Part shown: piece after piece, positions 12,261-25,499 of the stretch
Numbering within the stretch: the stretch's first letter is position 1
Layout: each line of letters begins with the position of its first letter
Assembly: GCA_036172245.1 (NCBI GenBank)
Contig: JAYWIR010000015.1
Location: 620,001 to 684,000 of the forward strand
Length of the DNA stretch: 64,000 nt
Origin: Raillietiella orientalis
Taxonomy: Eukaryota
Reading direction: 5' to 3'
Program-made: the position numbers and the translations under genes
The notes under the pieces: model-generated
Databases searched by the model: none
The model's input: the letters and a program-made list of their open reading frames with translations, nothing else
Told to the model about the DNA's origin: nothing

Positions 12261-12649
12261 CTGAACCCACATGATACATCCTCTGTTTTATGATAAATGA
12301 AGAAAATAAGGCAAAATTTGTGCCTCGCTTACTTCTTTATGCAAAAAATTACATTGCGTGTATCTTTATCCTTACCTTCTAATTTATGCTCTCAGATTAC
12401 ATATTTAATAGTGAGATTTGATACAATGTTACGTTAATTAACTGTGCCTCTGGGTCGTATTATGATGTGATATAAAAACACATTATCTTGCTTGAGATAT
12501 TGAGAATCAACTTATTAATTGTGTAATGATAAGGCTTTATAGAATTTACACATGCTTACCTTCGAGCTGCCCCCCTCCCCCCTTCCCTCGCCTTCTGTGT
12601 CTCCTCGCGTCAGTCTCTCCACTGAACGAAAAATTCCTCAGAGAAGCGA

Positions 12650-13780
12650 GACTATTCCCCCAGCATCCGTAGCCCATCTGCTGCCTTGTGCTCCCTGACG
12701 TCTGGCAGAGTCCCCTGCCGCGATGACCGGCCTCTCACTTCTCGAGAGATTTCGATCTCTGGGCAGCCGCATTCCTGTCTCCCGTGGACCCTCAGTCACC
12801 CTTAAGGCCGAATGGCCGAGGGCGGCTGAGGCAAAGTGCGCGCCGAGTCAGACTTGCCAGAGACCTGTGGCTCACTTCCTACTCCGGCCCCTGTCCATTG
12901 CCTCAGGGGCAGATGTCCTCGTGATCAGCGGGAGCCGTGCGTGGAAGGAAGCCCGCCATCGCTGCAGCAGCAACGCCCCGAACGATTTCGTCTCCCGAAA
13001 GGTTGTCCAAGGGGACGGAGAGAAACTGAATTTTCTTCCTCGACCTTCCCAAACCAAAGTGGAGCGGCCGCCGCCCCCACCTCGGAAATCCGCACTTTCC
13101 TTTCTTCAGCAGGATCCCCGATGAATCGTCCATCCTCCCTGGATGCTCTGCAGAGCCACAGTCACAGACTCAGACAACATCCTCCCCCACGCGTTTTCAG
13201 GGCCATCTTTCCTTGAGGCTCTAAGGCTGCCCGAGCAAGCCTCTTGCGCGCGAGAGCAGAGGTGGTGGGAATGTGAGAAACATAAAAGACATGCCCAGAC
13301 ATCCTCAGACAGGAACGAGGGTGCCCTATGGACTCTGATGGTAGGCATAAGAAGGGTCATCAATCCTTCCGAAAGTTTCTTGGAGAGCGCAGCTGCTGCG
13401 ATTCGGCGCCATCAGCATCGAAGAGGGTTTTCCTGCTGGAGAGAGCAGGGATGCCCTCCGGCTGCGTACCCTTCAGCTCGCGGTCGGAAGAACGCGAGAA
13501 ATGGGATTTCAAGAGCAAAGGAGATGCCGATCCCAAGGATCACTTGGTCACATCTCTCCCTCCTCGTTCCTCGCGTGATCCCCCTTTCTCCTCGGATTCT
13601 ATGGGGCACCGGCGATCTGAGGACAATGAGGAGAGCGCAGGAGACTAGAGATCCTTGGTTTCGCCTCCGGGCCCCAAAGAAGGCAGCCGACTGCTCTCGA
13701 GCCAAAGAGCCCGCGGAGAATTGACATACTTTTTTCGAGAGAACCGGAAGGGGACATGTGAAGAGATTCTGAACTCTTTC
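12650..13780 (-). mobile_element. Decayed Ty3/Gypsy reverse transcriptase remnant
   Basis: On the - strand: DQVILGIGISFALEIPF (ML..GII..S.SP), GHVFYVSHIPTTSA (MPFG..N.P.TF), GILLKKGKCGF (GL.L...KC.F) and IVRGVAAAAMAGFLPRTAP (VR.FLG...Y..F.P..A). Confidence 0.45.
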
Positions 13781-13849
13781 AAGGGAGAGACGAGGGAGAG
13801 AGACGTACGCACACACAGAGAGAAAGAGAGATGAGCTGGTTCCATCGCT

Positions 13850-16800
13850 GCGAGCACATATCGCAATGGTTGCAGTCTGACATGGCCACGGGATGACGTA
13901 CTTTCCGGGCGATCTCTGTAGGCGTTGGGACTCCGAACTCCATAAGGGCTAAACCACGCGAGAGAACCGGGAATCTCACGCGCCGCAATGGGGCATGCAT
14001 CAAGTGTTTACATATCAGCGTAAGGATTGACGTAGCTCTGGGAGTCGCCGTCCAGAATCTCGAGCACTGGCCACTGTCAGGTTGCATTCTGCAGCAGTCC
14101 TCTACTTAAGGTCCCAGGCAGTCTAATCTGTCGGTTATAATTGGAGATTGTTATCTCGGATCACTCCAGTGAAATCAAAGCTCCACTGAGCCTTCACGGT
14201 TTTTTTCCCATCTTCCTCTGGCTGATGGACATTCGATGTAATCAGCAGCGGTGAGGGGCGAGGTTCCAGACAACAGTAGAGTTCTGTCACAAGGATAGGC
14301 AGAAACCCACTCCATCTTTTGTCCCGAGCATACACAGGATCTTCTGGGAAGGAACCACGAGTCACATAAACGCAGCAGCCACTGTGAGCAGATGAACACG
14401 GAAGCGTCGTGAGGTCTTCTGAATTATATACTGCAGGTTTCGGAGCATCATCAATCTTGGAACAAATCCAACCATCCACGAAGGCAGGGAATCCTTTGGG
14501 GACCGTGGGAGCCCTAGCGAAAGTCATGGGAAAGATGGAAACGATGAAGAGGAACGAAAATACGCGTACAGGCATCTGGCCGCCATTCGTTTTTGATTCA
14601 AACGTCTTAGACGTGTGTGAATTCAACGCACAAGCAAGTAGGAAGAAAGTGCGCATCGAAGTATCAACGAAGTCGACCTTTGTCTCCGAGGGCGCCACCA
14701 GCTCGGATTCAGCCCTCATCTCGGCCAGTGTCTAGCAAAAGCAGTTGCCTTTCCTCCTTTCTGAACGAAAGCTGCTGATGTTGGCAGCAAGAGCCGTGCC
14801 ACGAGACTTCTTCTAAAAGTGTCAGTGGCAAGGGGAACCAAGCTCTGGAGTCTTAAACCTCATACGGCAACTGCAAAACCAAAACGCTCGAGACTGCTTC
14901 GACTGCAAGAGACCAGGAAGTTGGCAGATTACAGCGGAATGGAAACCCGCATCGGTCAGTTTCAACCCATCTCTTAACCTCAAACGTGCCGCATTTTTAA
15001 ACCAGTTCGCATCTCTTACCTCGTTAAACATCTTCATTTCGATCTTTCCGCCAGCTGACAGAAACCTATTATTCCCTATAAATCACCGACTAAGACCTCG
15101 ATGGACCCACTACTTTTCAGGCTGTTAAGGAGGCGACTGTTGTTTCGTAACCTCCTGTGAGTGCCTATTTTTACACCTACGGACCGCAGAGTCCGCAAAA
15201 TTTTTATCGGTTCCATTTTCAGGGGGCTTAGAAATGGGGAGGCGTTAGATGATTGCACAAATATCTCATCCGAACTCATCTGCATGCGTATCTCTTATAC
15301 TGGTCGCCCTCCGCATAACTTAATGTGGTCGGTTGGAACCGGGAAAACACGGAACTAGTCCCATCCAGATGAACTTTGGTGATGGCATTTAAAATACCCA
15401 CGGATTAATCTAGATTCAGTTTGCGATCCTCTCGTTCCAGTGTTCCGTGTTCTCTCGTCTCTCACGGGTTGGCTTTCAAATGATGTACTCGCTGGCAAGC
15501 ATTCACATGTGTACAAGAAATTGTACGAGCCGGGCACGCTTCTCTTTGCAGCATATATCTGTAACCGAAAGGAATGATTCCAATCTTTGTCCATTGACCA
15601 CCTACGCATGCGTTCAGCTTCACATTCACATGCGTTCCTGTCAGTATTTAACATCCGTATTTATACTAAGATAAGCTCTACACTAAGTACTCAATTATTA
15701 TGATAAGTAGCGAAGAACGGATGTACTAGTGGGAAGTCCAGTTATCATTCCAAGGGAATGCCCTCTATTTGAGCACGACGTTAGAATGTTTCCCCAACTC
15801 TTCGGTAAACATGGGTTTTCGCTCTCGATGGTTCTGTGGTGCAGTTTCTACACGGAGCTTCGAGAAGCGTGGACGTGTCTCCAATTGGAACACCGATAGC
15901 GTAATGATGCATTTCTTGCAAAGAGGAAGTTTGTAGTAGAGATAAAGCATAGTGAGACACGGATGAGTCAGCAAAGAATACAATCTGATACATGTGACGA
16001 TGAATTCAAATTCATGAATCAAAATTTTTTAGCACAGCGGAGGATCAGATGGGGCGTGGCCAGAATACCATTTCGGCTGCTCCAGAGCAAAGGCCTCCAA
16101 AGGAGCTTCAAAGTGACCGCGAAGCACTTTCCAAAATTGGTCTAAACGCAGCAGGTGAAGGGATTTTTCTAGTTTTCCGGCTTCACTCGTGGCTCCTTGT
16201 CAGCTGGCATAAGGATGGCAATCCCGAATGCGTGGTGATCCGCCACCTACTCCAGCCAACCACACCTCCGAAAACGTGCTCGTTAATCTGCTTCTTTCTC
16301 GGATGAATGCCACTGTGATGAAATGCGAAGGGAACTGCATGGAGTAAAACTCGCGTGCCATCGAAAATCTTCGGCGTTTCGCGTCCCAATGCTCTTCCGA
16401 TGATGGGCTTCGAACGAAAAGAAAGCGAATCGAAACGTCTTCGTGGTAATTGCATTTGCCTCCCGTTTCATCAGGCCGACAGCTCTCGCACGCCCCCGTC
16501 CGTCCAATCCACCACAGGTCGTCCTTCTCGAAGAGCCAACAAGGCGAATTCCTTCCCGTTTTTGCTTCCTTTCCTTGACGAACGGTAACTGGCCATTGGT
16601 CTGGTCACGTGTTTATCCTAACGATTCGAAACTGAGAACAAACGAATCTCGTCAGGTCTGAGTAAACAAAACGTAGACGAGAGTTGAGAGGGGCCAAAAA
16701 GACTGGTCGCTCTGAGCCCCGAGCTGTGTGCGGTATGATCTCGGTTTCCGAGCACACCCATGAGCGCGCTCGTACCACGCTCATGAGTTTCCTGTTCCTT

Positions 16801-16860
16801 TAATCCATAATAACAGATTGCGTTTTCATTAAGTCCATCTTTCGCGGGAGATCGTTCAAT
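13850..16860 (-). mobile_element. Decayed R4/Dong-like non-LTR retrotransposon, copy 1
   Basis: Order on the - strand: ITTKTF..RKSIGTRNAEDFRW, GIAILMPADK..KPEN*KNPFTCC (LIPK..P.NYRPITCL), AYLSINTDVKY (HLLYMDD.KLY), SAHSGC (H..SGC knuckle) and QWSFDFTGVIRDNNLQL*PTD (WDF.I.TD..I..NRPD, restriction-like endonuclease). Confidence 0.55.
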
Positions 16861-17249
16861 TTTCACGTACCGGATGTTGTGAGCACGTCAAAAAGACAAA
16901 GCAAAAAGAACAAAAAACAAAACAAAACAACAACAACAAAAAAAACAAGAGGAAAAAAAGGGAAGCAGAAATCAAAAAAGAAAAAAAGCTTGTGTCTGGG
17001 TCTCTGTTTCACGTGAGCTCATCAGTCATGCAATGGTCCATGTCCATAAGTTGCATATGCCATGTATGAGATGTATGAGTTCCTTGCGATTGCTTTCTGC
17101 AAGTGCAAGCACTTTCCTTCCTTTTTTTTGCATCGCACGCGAGATGCGCGGACGATGCACGAACGATTCCGAGCTCCCCTGAGTTTCTGGAAAGCGCAGT
17201 TCGCTCTGCAAGCACATTTCTCTAGAATGCTGCTCTTGTAAGACCTCGG

Positions 17250-20100
17250 CTCGAATGGAATCGTTCTCTCTCTCTCTCTCCCTCTTGGAATCTTTGCCAC
17301 ATGCTTTCTTTTGGAACTTCTAAAAGCTTTCCGTTCTGCTTACGAAGAGCTACAGCCTCAGGGCGAGCAGAGCCGAGACACAGTAAGACACGCCGCATCC
17401 AAGCATCGCAGCTTGCGATACGATGCGGTCTCGTCCACATCTCCACTCGCTGCACACCTCAGCCGCCTGATTCGTCATCCACTCCTCCTTTGTTCGCCTC
17501 TTGACGTCTTGGAGAACGACAATTATTTGCCACATGTTTTCCTCTTCTTCCTGGATGTTTTTCACCCATCCACCATCCATCACGGTGTGAGCGAGGCACT
17601 TTGGAGACACCACCTAGCTGGGCTCAAGGTGAGCGAGCGACATTCTCTCGAGAGCTGCCGAGATGGCGGAAAGCACAACGATGAGCAAGGCGTGGACCGT
17701 GAGGACCGTTCTTCGTCAAGCTTCCAGGAGGTTCCGAACGTCTTGCGAGATCGGCGCGCGTCCTAGAAACATCCTCCGCCCTAAAAATGCTGCTTTCGAC
17801 TGTCCGCCCCCTATCTCCAAGCAAGTTTCTTCCGGCATCATCCCGTTATCCAAAATGCTTCAGCAGCTGGTTCGTGGGGAAGTACCTGGAGTCAGGAAGT
17901 GGTGCACCTTCGGCTACGTGGGTGGAACTGCCTCCGCTGCACGAAGAAGGCGACGTGAGAGCGGTGCGATCGCTGACCCGGCCAACAGCCAACAGACATC
18001 CGCCGCAGAGTCTTCGTTGCGACTCGACCTCATCCCGAGAAAAGGGAAGCGCGTCACCGCACTCTGGACGCGTGCCGCCTATCCGAAAACACAGCGTAGG
18101 GTTCGCGGAGATGCTCGAAGGGGAAACGGAAGCCATGCGCTCTCCCCTTTCGTTCTCAGGGATTTTCGAAGCGCCACCTCTGGCGATCGTATCAGCCGGT
18201 TCGCCGAGCTCCTGGGATGCCAAGGGCGACGAGATTCAGCAGGAGCTGGAAGTTCCTAGACCTCGCGAGGAGACCAGCTTGCGAGATGGAGGTGCCGTTC
18301 TATCGGCTAGGGCACCCCGGAAGGTTAGGGCAGTCGAAACGCCGGAAGGCTACCGCAAACCGCCGACACCCAGGCGAACGGACTCTGCGGCACAGGGCCG
18401 AAACCGCCGAACGCGAGGATGCGAATCCGAACTGCGATGGTGGACCCTCGAAGCGACGCCCTCCCTTACCGAGGGACACCCCACCTCCACCCTTGGGCGT
18501 CCGTTGATTGCGAGGAAGTGGAAAGGTCGAAGAAACGGGGTAGGCTTTCGAGACCGAGAATCCTCCCTTTGCACTCCTAGGCTTCCCACATCTTTTGAAC
18601 AGATCAGGAACGCGATGATCCCCAGTTGACAGCCTCAGTAGCTGCTACGTTCCGGTCCCCATGTGGATGGAAGAGAGACTTGTTCTCCATCTTCAAGCAG
18701 TCACGAGTCTGGAGTTACTCCTGGTTCCGGGATTTCGCACTGTGCGATCCCGCTGGAAAACTGATCTGGTGCAAACAAGCTGGACAAGCTGTTTACTTTT
18801 CCTTTGTGCAACCAGTCTGACCTCTTCGGCTCCTCCTCTTAACGTGGGCAGCGGTTCTTGAGGCAACTTTTCGCAGTCGTTGGCCTAGCTTCCAGCACGT
18901 ATTCTAAGCCTTTGGTGTTCGAGCAAACCATTCCTCTCTTGGCTTGCTCTACCCGTCTCCCGGGACGAGATCGAGTCCTCCCCATTCCGCCGTTTGCGAA
19001 TCCCGCAACCCCAAGGATCTTGAGACAAGAGTCATTAGGTGCTCCTCTGGCAGCGAGACGAAGAAACAATCATTGGTACTTGCACCCTTTGCATTGTGTT
19101 GCCTCCCCTGGAGCCTCCGCTGGCGACCGGGGGCAGAAGCAGACGTCCAGCGCCATCACTCTTCCACTGCAGAGATGGTAGCTGCTTCCGACACGAGCTG
19201 GTTTGAGGCTACCACTCTTCCAGACGATCCGAGCTGCCGGCTCATCGTTCCTCCCGGTAATGTTTTCCGGTTTGCCAATGCGGTGGTGGTTTAGGATGTG
19301 GTTTCGAGACCTCTCCTACGGTGTGCGCACTGGAAGCCGCCGTCGGGCGGACGCCACTCGCATAGGCTGCCGGTTGGGCCGCAACGCATGGACGAACAGG
19401 CAATCCCCGAATCCCTTAGTGCTGGACTGCGGCTTCAGCAGAAGGACCGCTCCCATTGGCGCCGAACCAGGTGGAAACTGAGAGGGCTAGGCGGCGCTTC
19501 CCTCTCCCCGCTGGAGTGGCGCTTCGGCAGCCGGTGGAGAGGGTAGGAGTGCTCCGATGCCTACAAAGTAAAGGAATCGTCGCCACCCCCCTACCTGCTG
19601 GGGATTCCGTCAGTCTCGCGGGGTTTTCTCTCGTACACGGGAATATCTCCCAGACGCGAGACGCGACGTCCTCTCTCTCTCTCCGCCAGATGCACTGTCC
19701 TGAGAGCGCCGAAAAAGAGCGGGAGGGAAGAAGAAGAGGGCGTGGGCACTAGTCCCTCCAGTGTGGATTCACCTTCCTGGTCACAAAACCGTGGACTGTC
19801 TCCAATGATATAGGTCACTTGTCAGGGAGGGAAAAATCTCCCCGATGCCTGACAACGCAGCGCGGGCACCGCCGCCGCCGAGCTGGTTCAATGGAAACGC
19901 CGAGGAGAGGCCAGAAAAAATTGACTGAAAAACAATCGGCATCGAATCTCGGCTCCCGCCCAAGCTTTCTTCCCGACGCGGGTGGCCGGAACCAAGAAGG
20001 ACGTCGGCTTCGCCTTTCCTTTGTTTCTCGGAAGAGCATTCAGGGAGCTCAGTGACCATTTCCGGGAGAGCTAAGAGACTTTCGAGGGTAGCGAAGAGCC
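17250..20100 (-). mobile_element. Decayed R4/Dong-like non-LTR retrotransposon, copy 2
   Basis: Order on the - strand: RRPSWFR, PPHWQTGKHY (P.WL..G.T.L), GAPNDSCLKIL (SVPH.W), AKRGMVCSNT (RGIFQGDS), SLSSLFAPDQF, then the C-terminal IIVVLQDVKRRTKEEW..AAEVCSEW....IVSQAAMLGCGV (IDVA..D.N...KE.EK..LA.E...W...P.V.GALG). Confidence 0.5.
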
Positions 20101-20159
20101 AGGCGCTACCAGCTGTTGTGCCCTCTATGGCCGAAGTTTCGTTGAACTCGCGGGGGAGG

Positions 20160-20330
20160 ATGAATGGAGGAATGGAGAGTAGCCGGAGGAATGCAAGATG
20201 AATGGAAGGTGGATGTAGGAATGGAGCAGGAATCGAGGAATGGAGAAATTGAGGATGAGGGAAGGAGGAGGAATGGAGGATGGATAAAAAGAATGAAGGA
20301 GAAATGGAGGATACATGGAGGGGGAGGCAA
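20160..20330 (+). repeat. Degenerate purine-rich GGAATGGA-type tandem repeat
   Basis: Recurrent gaatggag, ggaatg and ggatg units are directly visible. Confidence 0.65.
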
Positions 20331-20499
20331 CACATACGAGGAAAGGGGGTGTGCATGAGCGGAGTCATCGTCCGCACTACTCGGCGAGGAACCTCAAGCC
20401 GAACGGCAGTCGGTCCTCCTGCTGCAAGGGACCTGGGGAGAGGAAAATAGGTGGGAACATTCGCGAGGAATACAAGAATCTTCCCCTTTCTCCCGTCTC

Positions 20500-23400
20500 G
20501 TTTTCGTGGCCGGACTTCGACCGGGATGCAGTGGCGGTAGCCTGGGAGATGTTCTAGGCAGGAGTGCCACTTTCTCCCAGGTAAAGTTCCCGGGGAGGAG
20601 GAAAGATCTTGCGGATACAGACAAATAGCATTCATACCGGGAAGAGAAAACGAAGGAGGGAGAGGGGTGCAGGGGGACGAGGAGAACTAAAGCAAAGGAG
20701 AAAAAAGCAAAACAAGGGGTGGATGGACTCCGCCGCCAGGTCGTGCAGAGAAAAAGTCCTCGCTGGCACGCGTTCCCGCGCGCAGTGCGAGCGGTAAGGA
20801 GACGACGGTTCCACTTCCTCCTCGCCTCCTCCGCATTTCATCTCACTCTCCTTCTTTCTCCCTGTGCCCTTCCTGCTTGGGAGGAGCGGCAGGAAACGAA
20901 CAGCCGCGCGCGTTCGGGAGTCCTGTCGCTCCGCGTGCCCTATCGCTCGCGTTGCACCCCATCCCCAGCTCCCACAGTCTAGCAGCCCCCAGGTTACCCC
21001 AACTCTGCCATCCTCTACCCAGAACAAAGGTGGGGGCCGCAATCCCCTCTTCACAACCACTACCTACAAGGTAATCTTGTATGCTCATTTTGTAAATAAA
21101 CGGCCTGGCGCAACCGGATTAAAAACCTGTCGCTCGCGCGCGCGCTCTTGCTCCCGCGGGGTGCGGGCCAGGGTGGATTCCTCGCGCTGGCGCGCAGCCT
21201 CCAAGCCGCAACGGGGAGCGCGCTCTCCAGGCTCACTCGCCACAGATCAGCCAATCCACCGCAGCGCCAACGACCCCTTCCCGAGCTGACCGGCCATCCC
21301 GCGCGCATTCGATCGTTGTGACCAGCGAGGGAGGAACTCGCTCGCTCGCCTTCCTCGAGACGCCCTTCCTCCCCTTCCCCCTCCTCTGCGCGAACTGCGC
21401 TTCGCGCGCCTCGGAGCTCGCGGCGACGACGAAAAGGAAAGGGGCAACTGCGTCATTTTCGCTTGACCTTGGCTCGTTCTGATCCGTTTCCTCAGAAACC
21501 GACGAGTCTTCCGCGAACGAGAGAAGAGACGCCTTCGGGAGAAGGGAGACTGTCGCCTCCGCGTCCGCCGGGGGCGGAGCGGGTGAGCCTTGCGGCAAGG
21601 AGGGGGAAACCTGAAGGCAGAGCTCGTGGGGCCACATCCTGAACACGGGCGCGCTTGTTGCGAGGCAGGGACGCGACCGGATCCTTCCTCCTTTCCTCTC
21701 CCCTATCCCCACCCCCCTCTCCTGGACTCGAAGCGGGGCGCTCGAGGACGAAACGGGTTATGGAGTGGTCGAGGCAACAGTAACCATCGCTGCTCACCAA
21801 GATGAACGCGGAACTAGGAAAGGGATGCTGCAGAGGGAGGAGAGGCATTCCGTTGCCAGGAGACGGCTCTCGCGGGGACCGCTTCAGCAGCTGATGCCTG
21901 CGGGGCACCCCGTCAGCGCTGCCCGTGAAGAGAGCGGATGCGACATCTGTGTCGCAGCAAAAGCACCAACAACAGTCTGCGCTCGGGAGCTTCCAAAAGG
22001 TCGGCTGCTGCGTAGAAAGCAGGAGGGGAGGAGAAGGTGCGCACTGCATGTCCCGAGGGGCTGTTATCCGGCGTCCTCCTCCCAGGGACCACCATGCAGA
22101 TGACTAGCGTGATCCTTGCGCTGGGGATAAAGCCGGATCTGCCGTTTCCCCAACGCCAGGCAGGATAGGAGCAAGATGAGGCGCCGATGTCAGCCCGTTT
22201 CCGCGCTCAACAATCGGAACCTCTCACCCCTTTCCTTGCCAACAATCGGAATCGCTTTCCCCCTCCCAACAACGAGTGTTTCCGCTTTCTCGGTTGCCAA
22301 TCAACAGTTCTCCAGCATGCGCTGCCAGCGGGTGCATCACCGTTTGAGATTCTGGTCGAGTCTGGGATGACCGGTCGACCACGTGGAACTCTGAAAAACC
22401 AGCGTGGGACGTGCGGATCTCTCCACACGGTGCGCGCGTGCAGGAAACTCGCGTGCCGTGCGGTTCACTCTTGCTCCCACATGCGCCTCCTCTCCCATCC
22501 GCACGCGCGAGCGCACGCACGGATGAGCGGCGCGTGTCCCCGAGCGAGGAGGGTGCGCTGGCTCAGCTGGGTTCGCCGCTTTCGGCACGCTTGCTCCAGT
22601 CTGGCAGGGGAGGCTTTCTGAGCGGAGAAGCGCGCGCGCGCGCGTCTCTCGGGAAGATGGTTCCACCTGGCACCACTGCACGAGATGCCTAGGGGCTGCA
22701 GCGGCGCAGGAGCAACTTCTCCGGAGTCTTTCCTCCCTTTTCAAAGAGGCTTCTCGAAGAAGGGGGAGAAGGGGACCGGTGTTTTCGATGGCCGGCATCG
22801 TATGTCCACGGCGGGAGCAAGGGAAGAGCTCCGATAGCCACTCGCATGAGTGCTCCTTCCTTCCCGTTCAGAGGACGCCCCTCCTGGATTCTCTGAGCGC
22901 CTTTTTGCGCCTTTCCTGTGGAAAGGTAACTGATCCCTGTAGCACATTCGAATTGCCCAAGGATACCCTGCTTCCTGGCGCAGCTTGGACCTTCGAGAGC
23001 ATTCCAGAGGGCAGGCTTCTCCTGAGGGAAAGAAAGGAAGAAGGAAGGCAGCCGAGTCGCCGGAAACGTTGCGAGTATCCCGGTCGAGGATCCCGCGATC
23101 ACCTGGTCCGCTCGCTTCCCCGGCCGAGATGACCCCTGCATTCGTTCTGGAAGCGGGAAGTGTCTCGTCTTGGTCGTCCCGGCAGCAGACCTCACGGTCC
23201 GCTCTGTGCTCGCGGAGTGACCTTGGGAGAGATCTCTGCTCCATGGAGGTCGCTGGCCCCGAGACGCGGAAGCGAAAGATACGAGAACCAGCCGTTCCCT
23301 GTTGCTGGCGCAGGGGAAAACCCGCTTCGTGCGCGGTTCGCCCGAAAGCGAGGGCTCTGCAGCGCGTCAAGCGGATCGCAGACGGGTACAAAGGGATGCC

Positions 23401-23900
23401 GTCGCATCCGGGAACGAGGACCCAGCAGTTCACCCCAGGGATCCGAGGTAGGAGGATCGGAGAGCACACAGGAAAGGGATCCGGGAGACGGCGACGAAGG
23501 CTGGGGAATCCCCAAGGGCGAGAGTGAACGCTCTGCCAATGATGTCCTCGGACTCCTCGAAACGGGTTAGAAGGTTCACTCCTGCCCTGCCTCGCCGACC
23601 CTGGAACCGCCGGCGTTCGTTCGGTTCGGCGACTCCCTGGATCCACATGAATCCAGGGAGTGGTCGCCCCTCCTTGTCTTCACGTGAGATGTAGTGCTCG
23701 CTACACCACCAGAGTAAGGGTTTCCACAGCTTCTCGCTTCCGGGAGTTCCAGCAGTGAGGTGATCGCGGACGCGGTGACAACCATCCCGCTTCCGTGCCC
23801 AACAATCGCAATGGTTCCTTCCTGCTCCCTCCTAGTGCCAGGAGTCGGGAACCATCATCTCCTCCCCCCCCTTCTGCTGTCAACAACGAACGCTTTCTTT
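20500..23900 (-). mobile_element. Decayed CR1-like LINE ORF2, copy 1
   Basis: On the - strand: LLGTEAGWLSP (TETWL), YSGGV, YPWAIR, LAPIL, PLLLSTQQPTFW, CLDHSITRF (FD.V.H..L), GIGERKGGRIRS and QVSPSLPQGS...SLLSFAED (V.SGVPQGS...LFADD), then SLESAL...RNP. Confidence 0.6.
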
Positions 23901-24123
23901 TTCTTGGTCCAGTTGATCAAGGGTTTTCTGGGCAGGCAATGGGGGGAGACGTCCCTTATGTTCGGGAGTCGCTACGGATCGCATTGCCCCCGCGCCTCCT
24001 CATTCTCCTGCCTGCGAAGAGCTCTGCTCCTCGCCGTTCCCATGGTGATGCTCAGAGCCACCACTCACTTCCTCTGGTATGCGAGCCGCAATCCAGGGCG
24101 TCCGTGATCAAGAGAAGGCGAAG

Positions 24124-24165
24124 AGCACCAGAGGCCGAAGACGCACGTCTTCGGCCTCTGGTGCT
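24124..24165. repeat. Perfect 20-bp inverted repeat with a 2-nt spacer
   Basis: agcaccagaggccgaagacg-ca-cgtcttcggcctctggtgct; the two arms are exact reverse complements. Confidence 0.95.
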
Positions 24166-25499
24166 GAGGCAGCTGGAAATTCATTCCGAAGAGCACCACG
24201 GCAACACCACGTCTATTCTTTCGGTGAAAAATACAAGGAGACTAGGAAGATGCAACTTCCTCCAGGTCTTCCGCTCATGTGTCGATAGGACTCATCCGTC
24301 CTGGAGGAGACGCTCTGGACTTCTTATCTCCGGGATCTCTAGAGATCCTCCCCGTCCCTTCTCGAGGAAGAAGAGTGAGGTCTCAGTCAAGTCGTCGTGC
24401 TACCCTCTGGCTCTTCCCACCTGTCTTCCAGCACCAGGGCTGACCTTTTCGAACTCGATGCCAGTGCTGCGCCGAAGAGGAAAGAGAGCAGAATGGAGAG
24501 AAGGAAGCACCGCGCACCCCCGTTGAGAGTGACCAGGTACAGGTCACCCTGCCGTCGGGAAGGGCACACCCATCCTACGACGGCCGTGGACACCGCGCGC
24601 GGAGGCTTCGGAGGCAGACTCTCCCTCGGAACGCGAAAGCGAGCAGTCTGGAGAGGTCCATCGCTCAGGGGAAGCTCCTCAAGAGGTTGTCCACTTCCAT
24701 GACTCCATCCACTCCGAGATTCCCGGCTGCAGACTCAGGAGATATCGCAAGCGCCGGACGGAGGTCACGGACGAAAAATGTAGAGGAGTTCGTTCGTTCC
24801 CTGGGAAACCAGTTGCGGCGGGGGAGTGCGGTTGCTTCCATCATGCACATGCGTGAACCTCTCGGGTACTCTTCAGCTGTAACCTTGCCGACGCCGACTC
24901 CGCAGAGGAAGAAAGGGGTTAGGGGGAGCGGCAGAGATCTGGAAATGACGCTCGCTTTCATCTTTCCCTCTTCTCCTGGAGAGATCTGGGGAAGGAACCG
25001 CGCGCTCTGCAACTCGCGGGCGAATCTGTAAGCCACTTTCGTCCCGGCCCGGAGGGCAAAACCTTGGAATGGGCGAGGGGGACTCTGCTTTATCCAAACC
25101 CCAGGGGAAAGGAGAGTTCTAGGGGAGGAAGGACCTCCGTTGCTCCCTTGCATCCTTCTTTTCTTTTTCTTTCGCATCCCATTCGCTCCTCTTCCGGAAG
25201 CGAGCGAACCTTAGGGTTCGTGGGGTGTCCCTAGCCGTGCGTCCCAATCGGAAGGAGGAAGTGGACCCACGGGTGGGGGAGTAATTCCTGCGGGAGCACC
25301 CTTTTCCTCCCAATATACTCCACTCGTGGAGGTGAGGACCAAGGGGAGCGGGGAGCTTGCCTCCGTACCGGCTGGGCACTTCCAGGAAAAGACTCCGGAC
25401 AGTATCTTCCCTCTTCCTTCGCTGGATTGAAGACCGCGTCCTAGTCCGTGAAGGCGGATGCTGCCCAGTCGACGAAACTACCGCTCTTGGGGCCGATGC

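Noticed and set aside
14135..14719. 194-aa ORF with a signal-peptide-like hydrophobic stretch
   Set aside because: It falls in register with the knuckle and restriction-like endonuclease region of the R4/Dong-like remnant.
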